DNA of 64,000 bases, from positions 10,241 through 74,240 of the forward strand of contig CAWAXX010000007.1 of the NCBI GenBank assembly GCA_963786105.1, in the 5' to 3' direction. Position numbers and translations under genes: made by a program. Positions 36,747 through 48,068 of the stretch are shown in pieces (position 1 is the stretch's first letter; the number at the start of each line of letters is the position of its first letter). This DNA comes from Vulcanimicrobiota bacterium (lineage in GTDB: Bacteria > Vulcanimicrobiota > Vulcanimicrobiia > Vulcanimicrobiales > Vulcanimicrobiaceae). The notes under the pieces were generated by a model, which worked only from the letters and a program-made list of their open reading frames with translations, was not told the DNA's origin and did not search any database.

Positions 36747-38697
36747 CAGTGCAGTCCTCCCGCTACGAGCGCGTAGTAGACGATGAAACAGGCCGCGCCA
36801 AAAGCCAGAATCAGTGCGTACGCGCGCACCAGGCCGTTCTCGAGCCACTGCACCAGCGCTCCCGCGGTCCGAGTGACCACGACGAGTTCGCGGACGGCTC
36901 CGTCGATCAGATGCGGATCCAAAACGCGCGCGACCAGCGTGCCGGCCAGTTGGGACGTACGCACGAAGACGATGTCGATGAAGGTATCGAAGTAGAAGAG
37001 ATGCGTCAGCACCGCGGGAGTGCGCTCTGCTTCGACGCGCAATCGCTCCACGGCATTCGCTTGCGCCGCTTTGGTCGCGTACCGCGACCATGCGACTCCG
37101 AAGCCGGCAAGCACGACCAGAAAGACGATCGCCGACGTCGCCAGCTCGGTAATACCGGGAGCCGGAAGCGCCGCTGCCGCGAACTGCGGCGCGAAATAGC
37201 GCGCCCAGGGCGAGTTTTCGCCGCCCCACATGAGCGCGGCGCCGATGGCCACCGTCGGCACGATCAGGATGCCTACCGGCAGGTTCATGATCCAGGCCGG
37301 GGCGTGGTGGTCCCGATGCCCGCCGGAGGCACCCGAGTCGGGCTCGACGCCGCCGCGATAGTCACCTAAGAACGTGACGAACAGCAACCGGAACATGTAG
37401 TAGGCGGTGAGGCCGGCGGTCGCGATGCCGTGGCAAAGATCCACGGATGTCCGTGAACGAGCGCACCGTAGATCACTTGATCCTTGGAGAAAAAGCCGCT
37501 GAATCCGGGAATGCCGCAGATCGAGAGCACGCCGGTCAGAATCGCCCAAAACGCAAACGGCATCTTCGTACGCAAACCGCCCATGCGGCGTACGTCTTGC
37601 TCGTTCCCGAGCGCATGAATGATCAGACCGGCCGCTAGGAAGAGCTGCGCTTTGAAAAACGCGTGCGTGAAGAAGTGCGCGATCCCGCCTTGGTAGGCAC
37701 CCACGCCGACGCCGAGGATCATGTAGCCGATTTGCGACATCGTCGAATACGCGAGAATTCGCTTGATGTCCCATTGCACGCAGCCCAGGATGGCGCCGGC
37801 GATCGCGGTCACCGCGCCGATCGTCCCCGCCAGCATCTGCGCGTCGTGGCTCGCGTTCCAGAGCGGCGCGCAGCGAGCGATGAGATAGACGCCGGCGGTC
37901 ACCATGGTGGCGGCGTGGATGAGCGCCGAGACGGGCGTCGGACCTTCCATGGCGTCGGGCAGCCAGGTGTGCAGCGGAATCTGCGCCGATTTGGCGGCCG
38001 CTCCGATGAAGAGCGCAACGCAGATCGTCAGCAACGCCGGCGAGCCGAACGTGCCGGCGGCGGCGAAGACGTCGCCGAATGCGATCGAGCGCAGGTTGGC
38101 GAAGATCGCAAAGATCGCGAACATGATGGCAACGTCGCCGACGACGTTGATCACGAAGGCCTTGCGCGCGGCCGCGACCGCGGTCGGCCGCTCGAACCAG
38201 AACCCGATCAGGAAATATGAGGCGAGGCCGACCAAGCCCCAGCCGACCAGCAACCCGACGAAATTATCGGAGAGCACGAGCGTGAGCATCGCGAAAACGA
38301 AGAAATTCATGTACGCGAAGAAGCGCGCGTATGCGCGATCGCCGTCCATGTATCCCATCGCGTAGAAGTGGATCAAAAAGCCGACGCCGGTGATGATGAA
38401 GGTCCACAGCAACGAAAGAGGATCGAGCAGCAGGCCAAAGTCGAACCCCGGCATCCACGAAAACAGCGCCTGATGCGCCCCGAGAGCGCCGCCGGAACTC
38501 TGCGTCCCGGCACTCCACGACAGCGCCGCCAGCACGAACGATACGGCGAGCGCGCCGGAGGCCAGCCAGCCGCAGAACGTCTTGAGCTGCGGTCCGAACG
38601 TCCAGCACGCGATCGCACCGGCGAGCGGCAAGAGCCACAGCGCGACCAACAGCGGATACGATCCGTCAACGCCCATGGCGTGGTGCACGGCGTTCAT
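36746..38697 (-). CDS. nuoL: NADH-quinone oxidoreductase subunit L (frameshift near 37432)
   Basis: KSAQIPLHTWLPDAMEGPTPVSALIHAATMVTAG, THAFFKA and GFFSKD. Confidence 0.93.
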
Positions 38698-38999
38698 CCG
38701 CGAAGTAACCTGATTTCGTCGACGTCGACGTTCTTCTCGGCGCGGAACGTCGTGACGACGATCGCGAGCCCGATCGCCGCCTCGGCCGCGGCAACCGTGA
38801 TGACGAGAAACGCAAAGACCTGTCCCGCGTTGGCTAGCCACGCACGCGCGAACGCCATGAACAGCAGATTGGCGGCGTTGAACATCAACTCGATGCTCAT
38901 CAGCATGACGAGCGGGTTGCGGCGAAGCAACACGCCGGCGACGCCGATGAAGAACATCACCGACGAAAGCGCAATGTAGTTTCCAATCGCTACGGGCAC
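38694..38999 (-). CDS. nuoK: NADH-quinone oxidoreductase subunit K
   Basis: RRNPLVMLMSIELMFNA and VAAAEAAIGLAI; GGAGGGG SD before GTG. Confidence 0.93.
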   Translation of the reverse strand: MPVAIGNYIALSSVMFFIGVAGVLLRRNPLVMLMSIELMFNAANLLFMAFARAWLANAGQVFAFLVITVAAAEAAIGLAIVVTTFRAEKNVDVDEIRLLRG

Positions 39000-39009
39000 G
39001 TCTAGTGTT

Positions 39010-39613
39010 CTATTCCCCTCCCCGTAGGATAGCCTCACGCACGTCGCGCTCGACCTCCGACGGCATGTTTTCGGGTCGGGACGTACGGCCGCTGATCGCC
39101 CGCAAGCGCAACCACGCCGATGACCGCGACCATCAGGATTAGCGCGGTGACTTCAAACGGCAGGAGCTGCACGGTAAAGAGTGCCTTGCCGAAATCGGCG
39201 ACGCTGCCGAAGATTCCGGCAGTACCGACCGGCCCGATCGTCGACGCCGTGTGCACGCTGCCCGGGGGCACGACCGGCGCGCGCATGGCCGCGTACGAGA
39301 GGAATCCGAGCGCCGCCAGCACGATCGCGACCGCCGGGACGACCGCATTGGGAAGGCGATTGGGACCGGCGGAGAACGGCGCCACGCCGCTGCTCAGCAA
39401 CGCGATCACGAACACGAACAACACCAGGATCGCGCCCGAATACACGATGATCTGCATGACCGCCAAGAACTCCGCGGAGAGCGTCACGTACAGGATCGCC
39501 AAGGCCGCGAAGTTGATCAGCAGCGCGACGACGCTATACACGGGCTTCTTGGCGCCAATCGTCCAAACGGCGCTGGCAATGACGATCGCGCCGAGCACCC
39601 AAAAGGCGATCAT
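39010..39613 (-). CDS. nuoJ: NADH-quinone oxidoreductase subunit J (probable frameshift near 39058)
   Basis: AEFLAVMQIIVYSGAILVLFVFVI and LLPFEVTALILMVAVIG. Confidence 0.9.
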
Positions 39614-40224
39614 CGAGACGCCAACCCGCGGCGCTGCGTTTTGAGGATGTCGCCGCGCCATGTTGCCGAGTAGCCCACGTCGACGTTGGTCGTCGACTTG
39701 ATGTCGGCGACGCGGCCCAGGTCGCCGGGAATACCGCCCGGTCGCTCGTCGGGCGCCTCGCCCACGCCGGCATCGACCGGTACCAGCAGACGATCCTTGT
39801 CGTACACGAACGATCCACGGCGGTAGTCCGCCATCTCGAATCGCGGGGTCAAGACGATCGCATCGGTCGGGCACGCTTCTTCGCACATACCGCAGAAGAT
39901 GCAACGCAGCTCGTCGATCTCGTAACGCGCCGCGCGCCGCTCGCCGGGCGACACGCGTTCGCCGGGCGCGTTTTCCGCGCCGATGACCGTAATCGCGTTG
40001 GCCGGGCAGGCACTCGAACACAGCTCGCATCCGATGCAGCGCTCCTTGCCGTCGCCGTAGCGTCGCAGCTCGTGCAGTCCGTGGAAGCGCGGCGCGTGCT
40101 GCTTCTTCACCGACGGATATTGGATGGTCGGCCGCTTTCGAAACATGAAGCCAAACGTAATGGAAAGACCTTTGAGGATCGCCCCGACGTTGTACAAGTT
40201 CTTCTTGAAGGTCGAATTCTGCAT
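39610..40224 (-). CDS. nuoI: NADH-quinone oxidoreductase subunit I
   Basis: Two 4Fe-4S motifs: CIGCELCSSACP and CIFCGMCEEACP. Confidence 0.94.
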   Translation of the reverse strand: MQNSTFKKNLYNVGAILKGLSITFGFMFRKRPTIQYPSVKKQHAPRFHGLHELRRYGDGKERCIGCELCSSACPANAITVIGAENAPGERVSPGERRAARYEIDELRCIFCGMCEEACPTDAIVLTPRFEMADYRRGSFVYDKDRLLVPVDAGVGEAPDERPGGIPGDLGRVADIKSTTNVDVGYSATWRGDILKTQRRGLASR

Positions 40225-40225
40225 C

Positions 40226-41214
40226 TTAGCCGTTATCCTCGAACGCCACGACGACCGCCGTCACGACGAGATTGAGCGTGGCCAACGGTAACAACACTTT
40301 CCAGCCGAATGCCATGAGCCGGTCGTATCGAAGGCGCGGGAGCGTGGCGCGCAGCCAGATGTAAAAGAACATGAAGAGCGCGACCTTCGCGACAAACCAC
40401 ACGACGCCGGGTACCATCGTCAGGCCCAACGGCGCGTTCCAGCCGCCGAAGAACAACAGGGTGGCGATGCACGATACGGTCAACATGTTCACGTACTCAG
40501 CGATGAAAAACAATCCGAAGCGCAAGCCCGAGTACTCGGTGTGGAATCCCGCGACCAATTCGGTTTCGGCCTCTACCAGATCGAAAGGCGTCCGGTTCGT
40601 TTCGGCCACGGCCGTGATGACGTAGATGACGCATCCCAAGAACTGGGGAACGAAAAACCACCAGCGCACTTGTGCGTTGACGATGCCGTCGAGCGAGGTC
40701 GTGCCGGCGAGAATTAAGACCCCAATGAAACGAGAGCGACATCGCCAGTTCGTAACTGATCATCTGCGCGGTCGCCCGGACGCTGCCGAGCAGCGGATAC
40801 TTCGAACCCGATGCCCAGCCGCCCAGGGAGATACCGTAGACGCCGATCGACGTGATCGCCAGAATCAAGAGAATGCCCGCGTTCACGTTGCCGATCGCCC
40901 ACGTCCCCGACGACGACGCACCGAACGGAATGATCGCGTAGACCGAAAACGCCGTCAAGAGCGAGATGAACGGCGCCAGCCGGTAGATCAACGGATCGGC
41001 GCTCTTGGGCGTCAGATCTTCTTTGAGCATGAGCTTGGCCGCATCCGCGGCGGGCTGCATCAGTCCCCACGGCCCCACCCGGTTAGGACCCGGACGCAGT
41101 TGCATCCAGCCCAGCACCTTGCGCTCGGCAAGCATGGCATACGCAAACGTCGTGACCACGACCAGCAGCAGAATCGCCGACTTCACCAAGCACGATCAGC
41201 CATAGCGGCGCCAT
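40226..41214 (-). CDS. nuoH: NADH-quinone oxidoreductase subunit H (frameshifts near 41188 and 40730)
   Basis: ERKVLGWMQLRPGPNRVG, AQMISYE, AETNRTPFDLVEAETELVAG and PRLRYDRLM. Confidence 0.93.
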
Positions 41215-43223
41215 TAGGACGGTGCTCCGACGGGCTGCAGCGACGGGGCGGCTTCCTGTAGCGGTACCATGGTGGGGTCGTGCTGCCACGTACCGCCGCC
41301 CGAGAGAATCTTCGTAGGCCGCACGTCATCCGCCGCGTTCGCGGCCGCGACGTCGCCGGCAAACCGGGCGTCGCCGAACCCGAAATCCTCCGGCGTGTGC
41401 GCGGCGTGTTCGACGATCGCCGCATCGAGCTGCTTCGGCACGCGGCAAATCGACGTCGAATTGAGCCGCTAAGCCCGCAACCATCTCGAGATCCGAAAGA
41501 CGTGCCGTCGGGCGCTTGCAGCGCCGCGTTTACCGGCAGCAGATCGCCCGCGAGATTGATTGTGGTGCCGGATTTCTCCAACGCGCCCTTGGCCGGCAGC
41601 ACCAACGTCGCGCATTCCGCCGTTTCGGTCATGAACAGCTCGCTGACGACCACGAACGGAATCCGGGCGAGTGCATCGGCGACCGCCGCGCCACCGACCG
41701 CGTTGCGAACCGGATTAACGCCGAACATCGATAACACGGAAAGCGCGCCGTTGCGCGCATCCTGAAACATCCCGGCGGTATCGCGTCCGCTCGCGAGTAC
41801 GGCAACGTACCCCGGGCCCGAACGCGGCAACATGCCCATCGCTTCGGCTCCCCGTGCGTTGCCTTGCTCGCTCGCGATGTAGGTCGACAGCTCCGCGACG
41901 CCCGCGAAGGCGTCGGCGAACGCACGGCCGCGCTCCAAATCGACGCCGTCCCAGACGAGCGCGATCCGCGTCGCGCCGGCGGGAAGCCGCCGCCAGCGCT
42001 TGCGCCGGTGTTGCGACGTGCACGACGGTTGCGCCGGCCCGCAGCTCGGCCTTACGGAGCCGCAGCCACATGACCGGCGCGCGTTCCTCGATCGAATCGC
42101 CGACGACCACGATCGCTTGCGCGCTCTCGAGGGTCGCGAGTGCGCCGCCCTTGCCGCCGGGTGTGGCTTGACGTTGCCGGCCGGCTCGCCAGTCGAGATT
42201 TGCGACGCCGATCTTCCGGAAGAGATGCTGCAACGTGTAGGCCTCTTCGTTCGTCAAACGTCCGCCGCCGATCGTCCCCACGCTCGACGGTCCCTTAGCC
42301 GCAATGGCGTCGGCGATGGCTCTGCGCCACAGCGCGAACGCGTCGTCCCAGCCGATTTGAACGAAGGTGCCGCCCTTGCGGAAAAGCGGTTGCGTCAGCC
42401 GATCGGGCGACGCGTAAAAACCGATGTTGTAGCGTCCCCGATCGCACAGCCAGCCGTCGGAGATCGCATCGTCGTGCTCCACCGACATCGTTCGCAGCAG
42501 CGTATCGTGGCGAACGTCGGCAAACTGCTGACAGCCGACGGCGCACTGGGTGCAGCTCGTCTGCGTGCGAGTCAGGTCCCAGGGGCGCGACTTGAAGCGA
42601 TAGGTTTTCGAGGTTAGTGCGCCGACCGGGCACAACTCGGTCACGTTTCCGGTAAAGTTATGCCGGTAGGGCCGGCCGGTAGCGGTCGCGATGATGTCGT
42701 GCGCACCGCGGTCCTTCACCACCAGTTGCCGTTCGTCGGCGATGATGTCGTCGAAGCGCACACAACGCTGACAAACGACGCAACGCTCTTCGTCGAGGAC
42801 GATGGTCGGGCCGAGATCGACGGCCTTGGGTTTGCGCGTCTTCGGATCGACCACGTCGGAATTGCCGCGCGCGTAGGCCATCGCGTAGTCCTGCAAGTCG
42901 CATTCGCCGCCCTTGTCGCAAATCGGGCAGTCGAGCGGATGATTGACGAGCAGCAGCTCGAGAATCATCGCGCGGCCGGCCTCGACGCGGTCGCCGCGCG
43001 TGCGAACGACCATGCCGTCGGCGGCCGGGGTGTTACACGCGATCTGTAGCTTCGGCATGCCTTCGATTTCGACCAGACACACCCGGCAAAGACCCGCGGG
43101 TCCAAGCTTGGTGTGATAGCAGTAGACGGGAATCTCTTGCTGCACCGTCTTGGCCGCTTCGACCAGCCACGTGCCGTTGGGTACGCTGACCGGAACGCCG
43201 TCGATCGTGAGATTGACGTTCAT
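41214..43223 (-). CDS. nuoG: NADH-quinone oxidoreductase subunit G (frameshifts near 41985, 41497 and 41440)
   Basis: YCYH...GLCRVCLVE, HPLDCPICDKGGECDLQ, CVVCQRCVRF, CPVGAL, CTQCAVGC and WLCDRGR. Confidence 0.92.
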
Positions 43224-44487
43224 ACGGGCACCGTTTCTTTTGCTTGCAGGACGCGAGCCTTGAACTGTTCCGGAAAACGCAGCAACACCGACTTCAAGAA
43301 CGGCTCGATCGAGTCTCCGAGCGCGCACAGGTTCAAGCCGGTGATTGCCTCCGGAAACGCGCAGCAGCATTTCGTAGTCGCCCGCCACCCCGCGCCCTTG
43401 CACCAGCCGCTCGAGCACGCGCTCCAGCCAGTCACCGCCTTCGCGGCACGGCGTGCACTGCCCGCACGATTCGTGCGCGAAGAAACGCACGAGGTTGTGC
43501 GCGGCTTTCACGAAATCGGTACTGTCGTCGAAGACGACGAACGCACCGGATCCGAGCATCGAGCCGGCTTTCGTCATGCTCTCGTAGTCGTACGGCAAAT
43601 CGAGATGCTCTTCGAAGATGCACGCCGACGAACCACCGCCCGGCTGCACCGCCATCAGCGCGCGGCCCGGCCGAAGGCCACCGGCGAGTTCGATGATCTC
43701 GCGCACCGTGGTCCCGAGGGCGACTTCGTAGTTGCCGGGCCGCTGCACGTGCCCGGAAACCGAAACGATCTTATAGCCTTTGCTGCGTTCGGTGCCCACC
43801 GACGCAAACCAGTCGGCTCCCCTCTCGAGAATCGGCACCAAGATAGGCCAGCGTTTCGACGTTGTTCACGACGGTCGGCATGCCGTACAAGCCTTCGATC
43901 GCCGGAAACGGCGGTTTCAACCGCGGCTCGCCTCGTTTGCCTTCCAGCGAGTTGAGCAGTCCGGTCTCTTCGCCGCAAATGTACGCACCGGCGCCACGTT
44001 GGACCGTCACCTCGAGATCGAATCCGCTGCCGAACACGTCGTTGCCGACGTATCCCGCTTTGCGGGCTTCCTCGAGCGCCACGCTGAAAATCTCGTAGCC
44101 TCGTTTGAATTCGCCGCGGATGTAGATGAAGGCGTGGTGGCAGGCGATCCCATAGGAGCCGAGCAGCATGCCTTCGAGCACCAAGTGGGGTGCCTCTTCG
44201 ATCAACATGTGATCCTTGAACGTTCCCGGCTCGGCCTCGTCGCCGTTGCACACGAGATAGCGCAAGTGCTTGTCGGTCGGTAAGAACGACCATTTCTTGC
44301 CGGTCGGGAATCCCGCGCCGCCGCGCCCTCGCAGGCCCGATTTCTCGGCGAGATCCAAAACGTCGACCGGCTTGAGTTCGCGCACGGCGCGCTCCCACTG
44401 CCGGTATCCGCCGCGTTCGCGGTATACCTCGATGTCGCGCAAGTCCGCTTCGCCGATCCCGGCGGTCAGCACCTTAGTGACGGGCAT
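43220..44487 (-). CDS. nuoF: NADH-quinone oxidoreductase subunit F (frameshifts near 43845 and 43352)
   Basis: GLRGRGGAGFPTG, NGDEAEPGTFKD, GAGAYICGEET and ESCGQCTPCREG. Confidence 0.94.
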
Positions 44488-45256
44488 GCTCGGCTTCCTC
44501 GCGCCCCTCTTCCACCGATTCGACGACCGCGCGCGAATCGATCACGGCGCGCTCGCGGGTTCCGCGGAAAAACTCGACGTCACCGTTGATGATGTTGTCG
44601 AGCATGATCGTGCCGCTCTTGTCGCCCACGCCGCCGGCGTTGTTCGGGCTCTCCACGCCGACCGCGCCGGGTGCCTTGCGCCCGGTCGAAACCTGATCGT
44701 CCTGACGAATTTCCCACGTGCGGCCCGGGAAATCGGTCTGCACTAGCGGCTTGGTCGGATACGAGCCCGAGCGAACGCCGGCGAGCAGCTCGTCGATCTT
44801 CGCCGGCGTGAGATCGTAAACGAATTCGAGGTTGACTTGCATGCATGGCGCACGGTCGCAGGCCGCCAAACACTCGACCTCTTCGTACGAAAAAAGCCCG
44901 TCGGGCGTGGTTTCGAGATGGTTCGTGCCAAGTTTTTCGCGAAAGTATGCCATCACGTCTTCCGCGCCGTTGATCGCGCACGCTAGGCCGCGACAAGGCT
45001 GCAGCACGTACTTCCCAACCGGCCGGCGATACAGCAGCGTGTAGAACGAGAGGGTGCCCTCGGTTTCGGCGGGTGTGATGGCGAGCATCTCCGACATCGC
45101 GACCATCGCCTCGTGGCTGACGTATCCCTCCTGCTCCTGAAACAGGTGCGCGATCATCAGCAACGCCGAGCGCTTCTCTTCGTATTGAGCGATGATGCGC
45201 ACGCACTCCGGTCTGACCCGTTCGAGCAACTCGGGAAAGTCGCGCTCGCGCGTCAT
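44474..45256 (-). CDS. nuoE: NADH-quinone oxidoreductase subunit E with a C-terminal extension
   Basis: 2Fe-2S ligands CRGLAC and ECLAACDRAP. Confidence 0.92.
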   Translation of the reverse strand: MTRERDFPELLERVRPECVRIIAQYEEKRSALLMIAHLFQEQEGYVSHEAMVAMSEMLAITPAETEGTLSFYTLLYRRPVGKYVLQPCRGLACAINGAEDVMAYFREKLGTNHLETTPDGLFSYEEVECLAACDRAPCMQVNLEFVYDLTPAKIDELLAGVRSGSYPTKPLVQTDFPGRTWEIRQDDQVSTGRKAPGAVGVESPNNAGGVGDKSGTIMLDNIINGDVEFFRGTRERAVIDSRAVVESVEEGREEAEHARH

Positions 45257-46473
45257 CGGTCGACCTCACCGAAAACCGGATCGAGCGAACCGAGGATGAC
45301 GACGAGATCGGCGATGAGGTTTCCAGTCGCCAACCCTTTGACCGACTGCAAGTTGTACATGCTCGGCGGGCGCGTCCGAATGCGATACGGGCGGTTCTCA
45401 CCGTTGCTGACGACGTAGTAGCCGAGCTCGCCGCGCGGCGACTCGACCGATTGATACACGTCCCCCGGCGGAACCCGAAAGCCCTCGCTCACGATCTTGA
45501 AGTGATGGATCAGCGCCTCCATGGAGAGCGCGATCGTTTCTTTCGGCGGGGCCGTGACCTTGGGATCGTCGATGAGTACGGGTCCCGGCGTATCGAGACG
45601 GCGGCGCGCTTGTTGGACGATGCGATGCGACTGATCCATCTCGTCGAGTCGCACGAGGAAGCGCGCGTACGCGTCGCCTTCGTTGCGAACCGGAATGTCG
45701 AAGTCGTACGTCTCGTACCCCGTATACGGAAAGGCTTTGCGAACGTCGTACGCGATCCCGCTGCCGCGCAGGCTGGGACCGGTAACGTTCCACTCGAGCG
45801 CGGCCTCAGGAGAAAGAACGCCGACGCCGATGGTACGATCCTGAAAGATCGGATTGGCTTGAAGCAATCCGCGCAAGTCGCGCATGCGTCCCGGAAACTT
45901 CTCGATGAACGCATCGAGCTTCGCTAAAAATCCGTCGGGAAGGTCGCCGTTGAGACCGCCGACGCGCACGTAGTTAGGGTGCATGCGCGCGCCGCCGGCG
46001 GCTTCTTGCAGATCGAGAATGTTCTCGCGCAAATCGAAGCAGTAGAAAAACACCGAGATGGCCCCGAGGTCGATGCCGTGCGTGCCCAGCCAAACGCAGT
46101 GCGACGCGATTCGCGTCAACTCCATGAAGAGCACGCGGATGACGCGCGCCCGCTCGGGAATTCCATCGGTGATGCCGAGGAGCCGCTCGACGGCGAGAGC
46201 GTAGCACAGCGAGTTGGACTCCGGGGCGAGGTAGTCCATGCGCTCGATGACGGTCTGCGCTTGCGACCAAAACAGATTTTCGGCCGTTTTTTCGATGCCG
46301 GTATGCAAGTAGCCGATCTCGGGCTCGGCTTTGACGACGGTCTCGCCTTCGATCTCGAGCATGATCTGCAAGACGCCGTGCGTCGACGGGTGCTGCGGCC
46401 CCATCGAGAGCACCATCGCGTTGCCCTCTTGGCTGACGATTTCCGGCGTCAGCGGCTGCGTCGACATGGTCAT
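45253..46473 (-). CDS. nuoD: NADH-quinone oxidoreductase subunit D
   Basis: MGPQHPSTHGVL, GYLHTGIEK, ESPRGELG and GSLDPVFGEVDR; ATGA overlap with the nuoC stop. Confidence 0.94.
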   Translation of the reverse strand: MTMSTQPLTPEIVSQEGNAMVLSMGPQHPSTHGVLQIMLEIEGETVVKAEPEIGYLHTGIEKTAENLFWSQAQTVIERMDYLAPESNSLCYALAVERLLGITDGIPERARVIRVLFMELTRIASHCVWLGTHGIDLGAISVFFYCFDLRENILDLQEAAGGARMHPNYVRVGGLNGDLPDGFLAKLDAFIEKFPGRMRDLRGLLQANPIFQDRTIGVGVLSPEAALEWNVTGPSLRGSGIAYDVRKAFPYTGYETYDFDIPVRNEGDAYARFLVRLDEMDQSHRIVQQARRRLDTPGPVLIDDPKVTAPPKETIALSMEALIHHFKIVSEGFRVPPGDVYQSVESPRGELGYYVVSNGENRPYRIRTRPPSMYNLQSVKGLATGNLIADLVVILGSLDPVFGEVDR

Positions 46474-47079
46474 GACGGTTGACGGCCCTCGCGCGCGCGC
46501 TTTACTTGGTCTTGCAGTGCTTCGAGCGTGCGTCCCGACGGTGGCGTGCCGGCCTGGACGTTGTTCTTGTTCGCAAACGCGGGACGCGGCGCGCGCTCGC
46601 GGGCCGGGACCGCGCACCGGATAATCTTTGCGCAGCGGATGCCCTTCCCAGTCGTACGGCATTTGAATGCGACGCAAGCCGGCGTGGCCATCGAAGACGA
46701 TACCGAAGAGATCGAAAACTTCACGCTCGGCCCAATCGGCCGACTTCCACAGATCCATCACGGTGGGGACGTGCGGCTCGTCGCCGTCTACGCCGCACAG
46801 GATGCGCACGCGCGCCGGCGTTCCGACTTCCGGAACGCTCGCCCGGCGTGCGGAAAGCCGTAGCAGATGGTACACGACGTCGAAGCGCGGTTTGCGTTCG
46901 AGGTAGTCGACGGCACCAAGGTCGAGCAGCATGCCGTAGCCGTCCGCCTTCAGCGCCTCGAGACGCGCGCGTAACCCGGACGGCTCAACGCGCTCGATTG
47001 CGGCGTCGTCGATGGACGGTCGCAGACTCGGCGGATCGACCGCCGCGCCGGCAATCGGCGGCGTTTGCGTGCTCGGCAT
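46470..47079 (-). CDS. nuoC: NADH-quinone oxidoreductase subunit C (frameshift near 46612)
   Basis: RFDVVYHL, WAEREVFDLFGIVFDGH and WEGHPLRKDYP. Confidence 0.92.
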
Positions 47080-47098
47080 AAATCAAAAACTCCTGGGG

Positions 47099-47584
47099 CT
47101 ACGAACGAGAAAGAATTCCACCGCGGCCGCCCTCGCGGATTTGCTGCTGAATTAGGTTGACGGCATAGAGCAACCCGTCGGGAGACGGCGGACAGCCGGG
47201 CACGTACACGTCGACCGGAACGATCGTATCGATGCCTTGGACCACCGCGTAGTTATCGAAGATCCCGCCGGAACTCGCGCACGCGCCCATCGAGATCACC
47301 CACTTCGGATCGGCCATTTGGTCGTACAGGCGCTTGACGACGGGAGCCATCTTCCAAGCAACGCGTCCCGAGACGATCATCAGATCGGCCTGTCGGGGCG
47401 AGCTGCGGAAGACTTCCGAACCGAGGCGCGCGATGTCGTACTCGGAAGAGGTGACCGTCATCATTTCGATCGCGCAGCAGGCCAGGCCCATCGTTAACGG
47501 CCACACCGACGAACTTTGCGCCCAGCGCGCGACGTCGTCGAGTCTGGCCAGCATGAAGTGCCCGGGGCTCGAGCCTACCGCCAC
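47099..47584 (-). CDS. nuoB: NADH-quinone oxidoreductase subunit B
   Basis: [25 protein letters not shown] and [11 protein letters not shown]. Confidence 0.94.
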   Translation of the reverse strand: MAVGSSPGHFMLARLDDVARWAQSSSVWPLTMGLACCAIEMMTVTSSEYDIARLGSEVFRSSPRQADLMIVSGRVAWKMAPVVKRLYDQMADPKWVISMGACASSGGIFDNYAVVQGIDTIVPVDVYVPGCPPSPDGLLYAVNLIQQQIREGGRGGILSRS

Positions 47585-47929
47585 ACGAACCCGCCCTTCT
47601 TCCAAACGTAGGCGTAGCCGATCGCCAGGACGACGATGAACACGATCATCTCGAGCAAGCCGAAAACTACGGAGCGCGTGCATCTGAACCGCCCACGGAT
47701 AAAAGGAGGCCGCTTCGACGTCGAAGATGACGAAGAGCATGGCGATGAGGTAAAAGCGCACCGGAAACCGCCCCGAGACGGCCGAGGTCGGCTCGACTCC
47801 GCATTCGTAGGCCTCGAGCTTTTGGGGGTTCGGCTTACGCCGCTGGAGCAAACCCGGAAGGATCGTGAACAACAAGGCCGCTGCAAACGCGACGCAGAGG
47901 TAAATTGCGACTGGCCCATACGGATTCAT
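47575..47929 (-). CDS. nuoA: NADH-quinone oxidoreductase subunit A (frameshift near 47665)
   Basis: [27 protein letters not shown] and YVWKKG. Confidence 0.93.
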
Positions 47930-47930
47930 G

Positions 47931-47952
47931 GCTTGTGAAAGTTTTCACAAGC
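47931..47952. promoter_or_regulatory. Rex-type operator upstream of nuoA
   Basis: The palindrome GCTTGTGAAA-GT-TTTCACAAGC contains TTGTGAA-N4-TTCACAA, the Rex consensus, 1 nt from the nuoA ATG. Confidence 0.85.
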
Positions 47953-48068
47953 CCCGCTCGAGGACCTGGGAGGCAGGCCGGGGCCCGTCCGAATCCCAAA
48001 GTGGGGATTGCGAAGCAGGGTTTCCGATGCTCGCTTCACTCCCGAGCTTATACGAGGCGCAAGTAACT

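Noticed and set aside
41715..43841. Apparent NuoF-NuoG fusion
   Set aside because: Frameshifts near 43845 and 43352 create it. The NuoF end (LCALGD...KETVPV*) is in another frame and overlaps the nuoG ATG.
45253..47079. Apparent NuoCD fusion (608 aa in the track)
   Set aside because: The linker is out-of-frame junk after a frameshift near 46612. The alternative frame ends at a TGA overlapping the nuoD ATG (ATGA), which indicates two genes.
47099..47929. Apparent NuoA-NuoB fusion
   Set aside because: An extra base near 47665 shifts the frame. The true NuoA C-terminus ([11 protein letters not shown]) is in another frame.
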